This document shows, in pieces, positions 32,261 to 40,428 of a DNA stretch of 40,428 bases. Origin of the DNA: a virus (taxonomy: Duplodnaviria > Caudoviricetes); IMG/VR virus record IMGVR_UViG_3300012665_000240, positions 1-40,428 of that record; one strand, 5' to 3'. Positions within the stretch are counted from its first letter, which is position 1. Every line of letters begins with the position of its first letter. Below the pieces are notes generated by a model, which saw only the letters and a program-made list of their open reading frames with translations, was not told the DNA's origin and ran no database searches. A program made the position numbers and the translations under genes.

Positions 32261-33370
32261 TTACCCACCTACTGATGCTTTTGTGTAGCGAACAATTACA
32301 ATTCCAGCATTAGCAGCCGAATATCCAGCATTTGCGCCTCCGCCATAAGATGATTTTCCAAGACCAGCAGTTCCACTAGGAACGCCATAAGTACTATTAC
32401 CTGTTGCTAATCCACCTCCAGCAAAATAATACACACCACCTGAAAGTTGTCCTAGTCCTGTTGTAGCGCCTCCTGAAATAGCGCTTGAAGCACCAATACC
32501 ACCGCTTCCACCTGTACTACTGTTACCATTTGTTCCAGCACCACCAGCACCACCACCACCACCTGAGCCATTTATGCTACTTGTAGAGGCACCGCTTCCT
32601 CCGTTGTTACCTTGACTTGGTGAAGTTGCAGGAGTGTTTCCTGCTCCACCTGCACAAGTTGGTTGATTACCTGAAGGTGCACCAGCACCACCACCTGAAC
32701 CACCAGCAAAACCTGCTTGACCGTCTACTGCACCACTGCCAGATGCTCCAGCACCCGCTTTACCACCACCTGCTGAAGAAAAACCGTTTATAGATGTAGC
32801 ATTACCGTTTGCTCCATAGGCACCGCCTGCACCAATAGTTGCAGTATAAGTCGCTGGAACTAAAGTTACTGAAGTCGCGGTTCTAAATCCACCCGCACCT
32901 CCACCACCTTGAGTATTTCCTGAGTTAGAGCCACCTCCACCGCCAATTACTAAATAATCAACGGTTGCGTTAGCGGTAGTAACAACTAGATTTGCAGTTG
33001 CAGTAAATGCACGATAGTAATAAGTAGCGTCTGAATAAAGTGTTCCGCCTGTAATAACTGGAACTGGATTAACAGGACTTACTGAATTGGACGCAGCAGA
33101 GGTTGCCGTTTCCCCAGTAGTAGAAGTTGCTCTTACAGTAAATGTATAAGCAGTTCCATTCGTTAATCCCGAAACAGTAATAGGGCTTGCGCCTGTGCCA
33201 GTTAGTCCACCTGGAGATGCAATTGCTGTATAAGTAGCAGCGCCTTTACCAGTATAAGTGGATGCCGTATAAGTAACAGTTGCTGTTGTATTACCAGCAG
33301 TTGCCGTACCAATTGTAGGGGCAGATGGAGTACCACCATTGCGCGATGCAACAATCCCAAGTATTGGCAT
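32261..33370 (-). CDS. FN3 plus glycine-rich tail fibre / receptor-binding protein
   Basis: ITVSGL.NGTAYTFTV.A FN3 motif, then GGGG-rich domain; ATG 33370. Confidence 0.75.
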   Translation of the reverse strand: MPILGIVASRNGGTPSAPTIGTATAGNTTATVTYTASTYTGKGAATYTAIASPGGLTGTGASPITVSGLTNGTAYTFTVRATSTTGETATSAASNSVSPVNPVPVITGGTLYSDATYYYRAFTATANLVVTTANATVDYLVIGGGGGSNSGNTQGGGGAGGFRTATSVTLVPATYTATIGAGGAYGANGNATSINGFSSAGGGKAGAGASGSGAVDGQAGFAGGSGGGAGAPSGNQPTCAGGAGNTPATSPSQGNNGGSGASTSSINGSGGGGGAGGAGTNGNSSTGGSGGIGASSAISGGATTGLGQLSGGVYYFAGGGLATGNSTYGVPSGTAGLGKSSYGGGANAGYSAANAGIVIVRYTKASVGG

Positions 33371-33831
33371 TATGCGCTCAAATCGCCGACAAGAACCCAA
33401 GTATCTGTTGCACGCTTAATCAGCGTTGCTGATGACCATTGCGTTCTAAGTTTTAATCCAGGAGTAGCATTAATAGTAACTCCACCCGTGGCTACTACAG
33501 TAGTCTGACCTGCACCAGTTTGAAGAATATTAATCTGAGTACCAACTGGGAAAGCAACTGATGAGTTTAATGGAACTGTTAAGTTATTAGCAGAAGCATT
33601 AGATATCTCAACTATGTCAGCAGCATCAGCAAGTACTAATGTGTAAGATGCTGTCTGTGCGCTAGTAACCAAGTTTAATGGAGCATAAGTAGTTGCTGCA
33701 GTAGCAGTTGCCAACTTAGTATTTATTTGAGTTTGAACAGCAGATGTTACACCATCAAGATATCCCAACTCTGTAGCAGATACTGCAGATAAGGCTGTAC
33801 TAGCATTTGCTAAGTCACGGGCTTTAGTCAT
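33370..33831 (-). CDS. Tail fibre-associated protein
   Basis: TELGYLDGVTSAVQTQ segment and YTLVLADA...W.LVGDL C-terminal domain. Confidence 0.7.
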   Translation of the reverse strand: MTKARDLANASTALSAVSATELGYLDGVTSAVQTQINTKLATATAATTYAPLNLVTSAQTASYTLVLADAADIVEISNASANNLTVPLNSSVAFPVGTQINILQTGAGQTTVVATGGVTINATPGLKLRTQWSSATLIKRATDTWVLVGDLSA

Positions 33832-34085
33832 TAGTTATCCTCTTCCGTTGTTAGCAAAATAAATTCATCATTAACTGGGTCATAAATCATCCCAATACCT
33901 GCATATCTTCCTCTGAAATTACCATTGTATGATGTTTGAATCCATTTACCACCAAAAAGATTGACGCAAAAGTCAATACCTTTTTGTTCAGATTCAATTC
34001 CATTTTCATCTAGCAGTTCGTTGTTATGAACAACAATAACTTGCTTGACTGTATTTGTTTCGTCTAGTTCTGCAAAGTGTGCCAT
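33831..34085 (-). CDS. Small protein associated with Gly-rich fibres (possible chaperone)
   Basis: MAHFAEL...WIQTSYN..FR..YAGIG; TAATG coupling at 34085. Confidence 0.7.
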   Translation of the reverse strand: MAHFAELDETNTVKQVIVVHNNELLDENGIESEQKGIDFCVNLFGGKWIQTSYNGNFRGRYAGIGMIYDPVNDEFILLTTEEDN

Positions 34086-35479
34086 TAGAAAGTAATACTC
34101 CCGCTTCCTGTCCATCGATATACATAATTTGAACCGTTAGTTGTTTGAGTTGGTGAACCTGTTGTTGATGCTGCTAACCCTGCACTTGTTGGGTAAGAAA
34201 GAATTACAACACCTGAACCACCAGAGCCACCTGTTCTTGATAAACCACCGTGACCGCCGCCACCAGAACCTGTATTTGCGCTTGCACTTCCTGGTGCAGG
34301 TGCGTTGTCATAACCGCCAGCGCCAGCGGTTGCTCCGCCACTAAGTCCAGAACTTCCACCTGCAGAAACACCACCACCACCGCCAGCATATGCTGTGCTA
34401 GTTCCAGTTATAGATGATGATATTGATGCACCACCATTAGTGCTATTTCCAGCACCGCCAGCGCCACCGCCGCCACCTGCTGCACCAAAGCCAGGAACTG
34501 CTCCTGGGTTGCCTTGCCCAGCAATTCCAGTACCAGCAGTAGACCTAGCGCCGCCACCTGAGCCACCGTTTTGTCCAATTCCGCTACCTGCTGCTGGGAA
34601 GTCACAAGAACCCTGACCACCACCAGTAGAAGTAATTGATGCAAATACTGAAGCACTACCATTACCTGCTGTTGTATTTGTACTTTGTCCAGGACCACCA
34701 GCACCAACTGTTACGGTATATGCAACTCCTCTTGTAGTAGCAAATGTAGATGTTTGATAACCACCTGCACCGCCACCACCTCCAGTAGCAGCACCAGCAG
34801 CAGATGTACCACCACCACCAGCACCACCTGCAAGAACAAGATATGTAACTGTAGGTGCTGGGGCTATAGGAGTTACTGAGTTAGATGCAGCAGATGCTGC
34901 TGAAGTTCCATTAGCGTTAGTTGCTGTAACTGTAAATGTGTAAGCAGTTGCATTTGCAAGTCCTGAAACCGTAATTGGCGAAGCGCCTGATGCGGTAATA
35001 GAACTTGGAGATGAGGTTGCTGTGTATGCAGATACTGCTGCTCCACCTGTTGCTCCTGCTGTATAAGTAACTGTTGCTTCTGAAACTCCAGCAGTAGCAG
35101 TACCAATAGTAGGAGCCTGTGGAACTGTAGTTGCAGTAATACTATTAGAGGCAACAGATGTTTGACCAGTTCCACGTGCATTGGTTGCAGTTATAGTAAA
35201 TGTATATTGAGTAGATGATTGCAAACCAGTAACAGTTAATGGAGATGAAGCACCTGTGGCTGTAAATCCACCTGGGCTAGATGTAACCGTATAAGATGTT
35301 GGTGCTAAAGAACCATTAGGAAGTGGGGCAGAAAATGTTACTGTTGCTGCTCCATTATTAAATGGTCGAGAAGTACCAACATCTGTTGCTGTCCCCATAA
35401 TTGGCACTCCAGGAGGAGTGTTTCCAGCAGCCATTGTTTTGAATTTTCCATGAGATGAAAATTTAGAAACAGGAGACAT
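34085..35479 (-). CDS. Two FN3 domains plus glycine-rich tail fibre / receptor-binding protein
   Basis: Two FN3 repeats, Gly-rich domain, C-terminal GSGSITF. Confidence 0.75.
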   Translation of the reverse strand: MSPVSKFSSHGKFKTMAAGNTPPGVPIMGTATDVGTSRPFNNGAATVTFSAPLPNGSLAPTSYTVTSSPGGFTATGASSPLTVTGLQSSTQYTFTITATNARGTGQTSVASNSITATTVPQAPTIGTATAGVSEATVTYTAGATGGAAVSAYTATSSPSSITASGASPITVSGLANATAYTFTVTATNANGTSAASAASNSVTPIAPAPTVTYLVLAGGAGGGGTSAAGAATGGGGGAGGYQTSTFATTRGVAYTVTVGAGGPGQSTNTTAGNGSASVFASITSTGGGQGSCDFPAAGSGIGQNGGSGGGARSTAGTGIAGQGNPGAVPGFGAAGGGGGAGGAGNSTNGGASISSSITGTSTAYAGGGGGVSAGGSSGLSGGATAGAGGYDNAPAPGSASANTGSGGGGHGGLSRTGGSGGSGVVILSYPTSAGLAASTTGSPTQTTNGSNYVYRWTGSGSITF

Positions 35480-35784
35480 TAGGCAATCTCCACTCCTGAG
35501 ATGTGAAAGTTAATTGATGTTGCACTTGCTCCACCTGTAATAGTTTGATTACCTTCTAAAGGTTGCTTGATATCTATTACAGTAGAATCATTAGCAGCAA
35601 CATATACTGCTGTTGCAAGGTTAGTTCCATTTAAACCAAGGGTAAATGTTCCAGCAGTACCTGCTGTATTAGTAACGATAATATTTGTTACTACTGCTGT
35701 ATAACCACTTGGTACAGTATATAGTGTTGTGCCTGTTGTTGTTGTTGCCGCTCCACGGAATAGAGTCTTAGATGTTGTAGCCAT
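35479..35784 (-). CDS. Small beta-rich tail protein
   Basis: 101 aa, LYTVP motif. Confidence 0.65.
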   Translation of the reverse strand: MATTSKTLFRGAATTTTGTTLYTVPSGYTAVVTNIIVTNTAGTAGTFTLGLNGTNLATAVYVAANDSTVIDIKQPLEGNQTITGGASATSINFHISGVEIA

Positions 35785-35799
35785 TAGTTACTACCTTTC

Positions 35800-38061
35800 T
35801 TAGATTGCGCCCATGAGGGCTAGGATATAGTTGTTTTCAATTGCTGCTACATCTACTGCTGACCATTCAAGACCAGTAGCAGTTGATGAATTTGCTCGTA
35901 GATATAAACCATTTGTACCAGCAGTTAACTTACCTATAGTATCTGCAGCGGTGCCAACAATTAAGTCACCTTTAGCATCTATAACTGTATTAGGAATTGC
36001 TGTAGACAAATCAAATGCTGTGAATGTAATTACTTCAAGGATGTCTCCAGCAACTAGTGCTGCTAATCCTGTGATGCTTGTTCCATTTGTAGCATTGTAA
36101 TCAGAGGTACGAGCAAGAAGAACACCATTAAGGTATACCTGCTCATAACCTGGTAGATAGGAAAGAGTTAATCCATTATCGTCTAGGCCAGACTCTGATG
36201 TTTCTCCACCAGATGCAGTAAATCGGAATCGATAGATTGCTGCTGTTGAGGAGATTGAACCCCAAGCAGAACCTGACCAGGCAAACATGTTATTAGATAC
36301 TGAGTTCCAATAAAGAGCACCAGTAATAAGTGCATTGCCATCGTTATCTACAGATGGAGCAGTTGACTTAGCGCCTAGGTAGCGGTCATCAAAGTTATCG
36401 TAAGTTGTGGCAGCAGCGGCAGCACTTGCTGCAGCAGCGGTAGCAGAACCTGCAACAGTATCTACATACACCTTAGTAGCAGCATCTGCATCACTTGTAG
36501 GTGTTCCTAGATTTGTAATCTTATGAGTATTGGCATCTAGAGTACCTAGCAACTGACCGCTTGTGCGGTTAAGATAGGTACCAGATAGGCTAATTGCACC
36601 AGTTCCACCATCAACAGAAAGAACTGCATCTGTTGGAGTAAGTAGTTCCTGCCAGTTAGCAAGGGTAGATGCTGGGGTTGCTGTAAGAATAAATGACTTG
36701 TTTACATCTGTACGAACTGCAACGTCACCAATCTGTGCAGTCAAAGCAAGCATTGCAGCCTGTGATGCTACAACTTGAGTTGTGCTAATTGCTAGTGCTG
36801 GTAAGTGGTGGGTTGGAACTAATCCATTACCATCAAGTTCGGCAAGACCATTAACTGCACCTTTTTGAGTTGTAATATAATTAAGAGTTACTGCATCCTG
36901 AGCATTAGTTGGGTCTGCAAGTCCTGTAATCTTTTGAGCATTAAGAGCAACGGCTGAAGTAGGTGCTGCCATTTGGTCTAAACGAGATGTACGAACCTGT
37001 GTATCAAAGTCTGAAACTGTAGATGCTGTCTGTGTGCCAGTGTGGTTAGCACGAGCCAATGGGTCTACAGCCAACTTAGATAGTGCAATTGCAGCAGAAG
37101 CATTGATGTCTGCGTTAACAATAGTTCCATCTACCAAGTCAGCAGAGGTAATTGTTCCACCAAGATTTAACTTAGTCTTGGCAATAGCAGCAGTAGCAGA
37201 TACATCAGCATCCACAATAGTTGCATCTGCAATCATTGCAGAAGTAACAGTGCCAGTATCAGCAGCGGTAATTGCTGTACCTGAAATTTTTGTCTTATCA
37301 ATAGCCGCTGATGCATTAATGTCAGCATTGACGATTGTTCCATCTAGAATCTTGGCAGATGTAACTGCTCCGTCTGCTAAGTCACCAGCAACGATAGTCC
37401 CGTCAACAATCTTGGCTGATGTAACTGAGTTAGGGGCTAACTTGCCTTCTGTAACTGATAGGTCATCAATCTTAACTGTACCTACAGCACCAGTTGCAAT
37501 CTTTCCGCTTGTGATAGCAGAGTCTGCAATGTCGCCTGTGGCAATGGTAAGGTCTGCAATCTTTGCTGATGTAATTGCGCTATCTGCAATCTTTGCAGTA
37601 GTTATGTTAGCATCAGTAATCTTTGCAGTTGTCACAGCATTTGATTGAAGCATTGCTGTGGTAATCATATTTGTATCAGTCGTCTCAAGGACGTTAGCAA
37701 TAGTCAAACCGTGAGCAGTAGTAACATTCTCAATATGGTCATTGGCTTCTTGGTAGTCACGACCGATAGCCATATGACGCACAACTGCACCTGCTGAGTG
37801 AGCAGAGCCTGTGCCAGGTGTTGGTCCATCAATGCCGCGACTAATAGTTAATGTGTTACCAGATGAGTATACGGTGACATCAACAATTTCTTCGAGGGCT
37901 GTATCTGGGTCAATGACAACTGTGTATGTCTGAGTTCCAGTTAGTGTCTTACCACCCATGATAGATGCGCCATTAACAACTGACATTGTTGTTGCAGTTG
38001 CTGTGATTGGAGAACTCAGCGTTGTTTGCTGAGAACGAGATGAATATTTTCTGACTGTCAT
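35800..38061 (-). CDS. Main tail fibre protein
   Basis: 753 aa; 10-aa [AS][IV]T.AKI.D repeats and KIT.L..PT...DAAT fibre motifs. Confidence 0.8.
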   Translation of the reverse strand: MTVRKYSSRSQQTTLSSPITATATTMSVVNGASIMGGKTLTGTQTYTVVIDPDTALEEIVDVTVYSSGNTLTISRGIDGPTPGTGSAHSAGAVVRHMAIGRDYQEANDHIENVTTAHGLTIANVLETTDTNMITTAMLQSNAVTTAKITDANITTAKIADSAITSAKIADLTIATGDIADSAITSGKIATGAVGTVKIDDLSVTEGKLAPNSVTSAKIVDGTIVAGDLADGAVTSAKILDGTIVNADINASAAIDKTKISGTAITAADTGTVTSAMIADATIVDADVSATAAIAKTKLNLGGTITSADLVDGTIVNADINASAAIALSKLAVDPLARANHTGTQTASTVSDFDTQVRTSRLDQMAAPTSAVALNAQKITGLADPTNAQDAVTLNYITTQKGAVNGLAELDGNGLVPTHHLPALAISTTQVVASQAAMLALTAQIGDVAVRTDVNKSFILTATPASTLANWQELLTPTDAVLSVDGGTGAISLSGTYLNRTSGQLLGTLDANTHKITNLGTPTSDADAATKVYVDTVAGSATAAAASAAAAATTYDNFDDRYLGAKSTAPSVDNDGNALITGALYWNSVSNNMFAWSGSAWGSISSTAAIYRFRFTASGGETSESGLDDNGLTLSYLPGYEQVYLNGVLLARTSDYNATNGTSITGLAALVAGDILEVITFTAFDLSTAIPNTVIDAKGDLIVGTAADTIGKLTAGTNGLYLRANSSTATGLEWSAVDVAAIENNYILALMGAI

Positions 38062-38069
38062 TTAGGTTC

Positions 38070-38993
38070 CTATCGGCGGGAGAAGTGAACTCGAGGTGGG
38101 TAGTTCTGTTGTTGCGATTTTGTTTCTTCTTGTAGACGCTGTTGGTAAAGAGCATACAATTGTTTGGTAGCACTTTGAGATGCGCCAAAAGGACGCTTAG
38201 AATCTGTCTCATCAGCCTGTGGACTAACCTGAGATGCGCGTGCTGGGTCAAGGAATGTTAATAGACGATAGGCTGCGCCAAGGATTGCTACATCCTTTGT
38301 TGACTCTGGCAAGCCAGTTTGTGTTGAGTAGTCTTGGTCATTAGTTGCAAATGATGCTGGGTCTGTTGCATAGACAATGCGTACTGTGCGTCCAGCGATA
38401 GGATACTCACCAAGAGTGATAGTCTGTGCGTTAGCACCAAACGCTGTAGCATCTGCAGTTGAATCAAAGTCATATCGACGGATTGGTACCCACTCTTTAG
38501 ATGGTCCGATTGATTCCCATGATACTGTGATAATGTTCTTGATGTTCAAGTTAGTGAATGCGTATGTTGTCTTTGCTGCATTGAAAGTGAACGAAGTTGA
38601 TTTGACAGCAAAGATACTAGAGCCAAGTGAGCGAATAGTGTCATTGATTGCACGCTTGACTGAATGGCGTGGGAAGGTTGGGCTAATAGTAACCTTCTTG
38701 TCAGCAAGGTGTGTATCAGCGGTTGAGCCTAGGTATCCGCGACCGTAAGGAGCGATAGTTGCTGTATTAGAGATGCGGTCGTATGAATCAACCCACATTA
38801 ACTCTTCATCAATCTCAATGATACCCTTACCTACAGATTCAGTTGAACCAAGAGATAGGATAAGTGGGGAAGCACTTGATGAGGTTGTTGTAGTTACAGC
38901 AGTCTTGAGATAGGTTGCTCGGTCCTGTTGCAAGGTATAACCTGCAAGGTTAATAAGAACTTCATCAATCATGTTCTCTAAAGTAGTTGTCAT
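38070..38993 (-). CDS. Putative tail adaptor (tubular protein A-like)
   Basis: 307 aa, first tail-module gene; function inferred from position. Confidence 0.5.
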   Translation of the reverse strand: MTTTLENMIDEVLINLAGYTLQQDRATYLKTAVTTTTSSSASPLILSLGSTESVGKGIIEIDEELMWVDSYDRISNTATIAPYGRGYLGSTADTHLADKKVTISPTFPRHSVKRAINDTIRSLGSSIFAVKSTSFTFNAAKTTYAFTNLNIKNIITVSWESIGPSKEWVPIRRYDFDSTADATAFGANAQTITLGEYPIAGRTVRIVYATDPASFATNDQDYSTQTGLPESTKDVAILGAAYRLLTFLDPARASQVSPQADETDSKRPFGASQSATKQLYALYQQRLQEETKSQQQNYPPRVHFSRR

Positions 38994-39244
38994 GCGTTGA
39001 TGCTCCTTAGGGCAGCAGGTGCTGCTAGTCCAGTAGTTCCAGCAAGTTCATTACAGATACCGTCAATGTCCTTGAACTTATCACGCGTGCGTGATGATGA
39101 TGCCTTGATGTTTAGTGCGCCAACAGTTGCTAGGCCAGTTGTTGCAGCCCAAGCATTAGCAGCGCCCTGTTCATCAAGACCAGTCGTCCCAGCAAGTCTA
39201 TTCAACTCTGCTGTCAGACTACTGCCTGCTTTACCTAGTGCCAT
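38990..39244 (-). CDS. Small Ala/Gly-rich virion protein with internal repeats
   Basis: Three N..A.TTGL repeats. Confidence 0.65.
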   Translation of the reverse strand: MALGKAGSSLTAELNRLAGTTGLDEQGAANAWAATTGLATVGALNIKASSSRTRDKFKDIDGICNELAGTTGLAAPAALRSINA

Positions 39245-39247
39245 TGT

Positions 39248-39994
39248 TTAACCCTTCTTAGGTGTAATTAACCCTTGCTTTGGCAAGATTAAATTAGATT
39301 TCTTTTCTTCTTTAACTCCGCCAAAAAATGCTTTGTAGTAGTGCTCATCAAATGAGAATCGCTTCATGTGAGGAACTACTGCACCTGTGTGACAATAGAC
39401 TGGGATATCCGCTTTGCCAACTAGTGCGAAGAAGTAAATGTCTTCACCCATGAATGACTTGCCAGTTCCAATCTCATTGAAGATAGCAATCTCGTTGCCA
39501 ACTGCTTCAATAATCTTGTCGATTACACTTCGGTGCATAAGAACAAATCCCATGCCCGCTGCCTCAACTTTAATAAGTTGGTTCTCTGGCATTGGGTGAA
39601 CTCTCTTGATACCAACCACACCATCTTCTGCTTCTGCGAAGTTAAAGATAGTTGGCATTGGAATCATTAAAGGTTCTTCTGGTGTATCTGTCGTAAAATA
39701 AACTCCAGTAAGGATAGGGCGTTCTGCCGCATCCTTGTTGTCCCACAGGAGTCTAAACTTCTCTGGACTGATAACAACATCTGAGTCAACCCATAGGAGC
39801 CACTCTGAGGTGTTGTTTTCATACCAGTAACGAATTATCTTCTCACGCTGTCTTGCAATCTGATTGCCTTGACTTCTTAGTGTGGAGGTAAAGTTGATGC
39901 CAGATTTAAGCATAACGTCTGTAACGCCTTGCATAAACTTGCCATCAACCATACCGTTGTCACACCATGCGATTGATACTGTCTCTTGTGCCAT
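39248..39994 (-). CDS. Glycosyltransferase (GT-A fold, family 2-like)
   Basis: WLLWVDSD DxD motif, GMGFVL, GED.YF, late His. Confidence 0.8.
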   Translation of the reverse strand: MAQETVSIAWCDNGMVDGKFMQGVTDVMLKSGINFTSTLRSQGNQIARQREKIIRYWYENNTSEWLLWVDSDVVISPEKFRLLWDNKDAAERPILTGVYFTTDTPEEPLMIPMPTIFNFAEAEDGVVGIKRVHPMPENQLIKVEAAGMGFVLMHRSVIDKIIEAVGNEIAIFNEIGTGKSFMGEDIYFFALVGKADIPVYCHTGAVVPHMKRFSFDEHYYKAFFGGVKEEKKSNLILPKQGLITPKKG

Positions 39995-40012
39995 TGTCCC
40001 CACCTTTGTTAG

Positions 40013-40366
40013 TTACTTCTTCTTAACCTTGTCGCCCAATGTAGGACCCTTTTTTACAGGAGCCTTTGGCTTTACTGTAGAACCGAATGTAGCGGCTTTC
40101 TTTGTAGGGGTCTTTGGCTTCATTGAGTCGCCAAATGTAGCACCCTTCTTAACAGGAGGCTTTGCTCCAGTTGCAGCACCGAAACGGCGGTCTCCGTATA
40201 GACGACGTGTTGCTTCTTGGTATTCTGCAACAAGTCCACCTTGGTATGCGCCAGCATTTATCTTAGCCAACTTTAATGCTTCTTTCATACCAAGTGCTTT
40301 TACCTCATTGATTGTGCTCTGAGATACTTTAATCTTCTTATTCCATGTGCTCTTATCAATTGCCAT
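40013..40366 (-). CDS. Basic protein with three 16-aa C-terminal repeats
   Basis: PVKKGATFG / PTKKAATFG / PVKKGPTLG at 16-aa period; ATG 40366. Confidence 0.75.
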   Translation of the reverse strand: MAIDKSTWNKKIKVSQSTINEVKALGMKEALKLAKINAGAYQGGLVAEYQEATRRLYGDRRFGAATGAKPPVKKGATFGDSMKPKTPTKKAATFGSTVKPKAPVKKGPTLGDKVKKK

Positions 40367-40373
40367 TTTTATT

Positions 40374-40428
40374 ACCATTTCACCTTGTCTGCCCAATATG
40401 CGGCACTCATTTTTCCTTTGGATATATT
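40374..40428. repeat. 55-bp terminal direct repeat, right copy
   Basis: Identical to positions 1-55. Confidence 0.95.

Noticed and set aside
32261-35479. Diversity-generating retroelement acting on the fibre genes
   Set aside because: No reverse transcriptase, and the paralogous segments differ at synonymous sites rather than adenine-specific positions
37034-37648. Long antisense ORFs (for example 37034-37648, 38377-38748, 13693-14061, 19746-20195)
   Set aside because: Shadow frames of well-supported genes, with no SD or motifs

Overview
The window is an apparently complete, circularly assembled ~40.37 kb lytic podovirus-type phage genome (positions 1-55 are identical to 40374-40428, and an ORF reads through the junction). 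WhiB, actinobacterial-type lysis and replication genes and moderate GC by eye point to a low-GC actinobacterial host such as freshwater acI (inference). Layout: (i) a minus-strand virion arm running from terminase (15977) through portal, an HslV/proteasome-beta-like protease, three internal virion proteins, scaffold and major capsid, then across the junction through small basic proteins, a glycosyltransferase, tail/fibre genes and lysis genes (to 29276); (ii) a minus-strand replication/expression module (28888-23182) with a split Cas4-like exonuclease, DnaB-like helicase, resolvase, split primase, HNH, metallophosphoesterase and a sigma factor, with no recognisable DNA polymerase or integrase; (iii) a plus-strand early region (16.5-23.2 kb) with host-type promoters, many micro-ORFs, an amidoligase/glutamine-amidotransferase pair and WhiB. 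The most striking unexplained signal is ten co-oriented copies of an 18-bp near-palindrome, TGTCGGGYTAGCCCGACA. They are confined to the early region, lie both between and inside genes, and form part of a repeated promoter / 5' hairpin / palindrome / RBS cassette; one leader also contains a tRNA-like acceptor-T-arm element. All calls come from reading the sequence by eye; no database searches were run.
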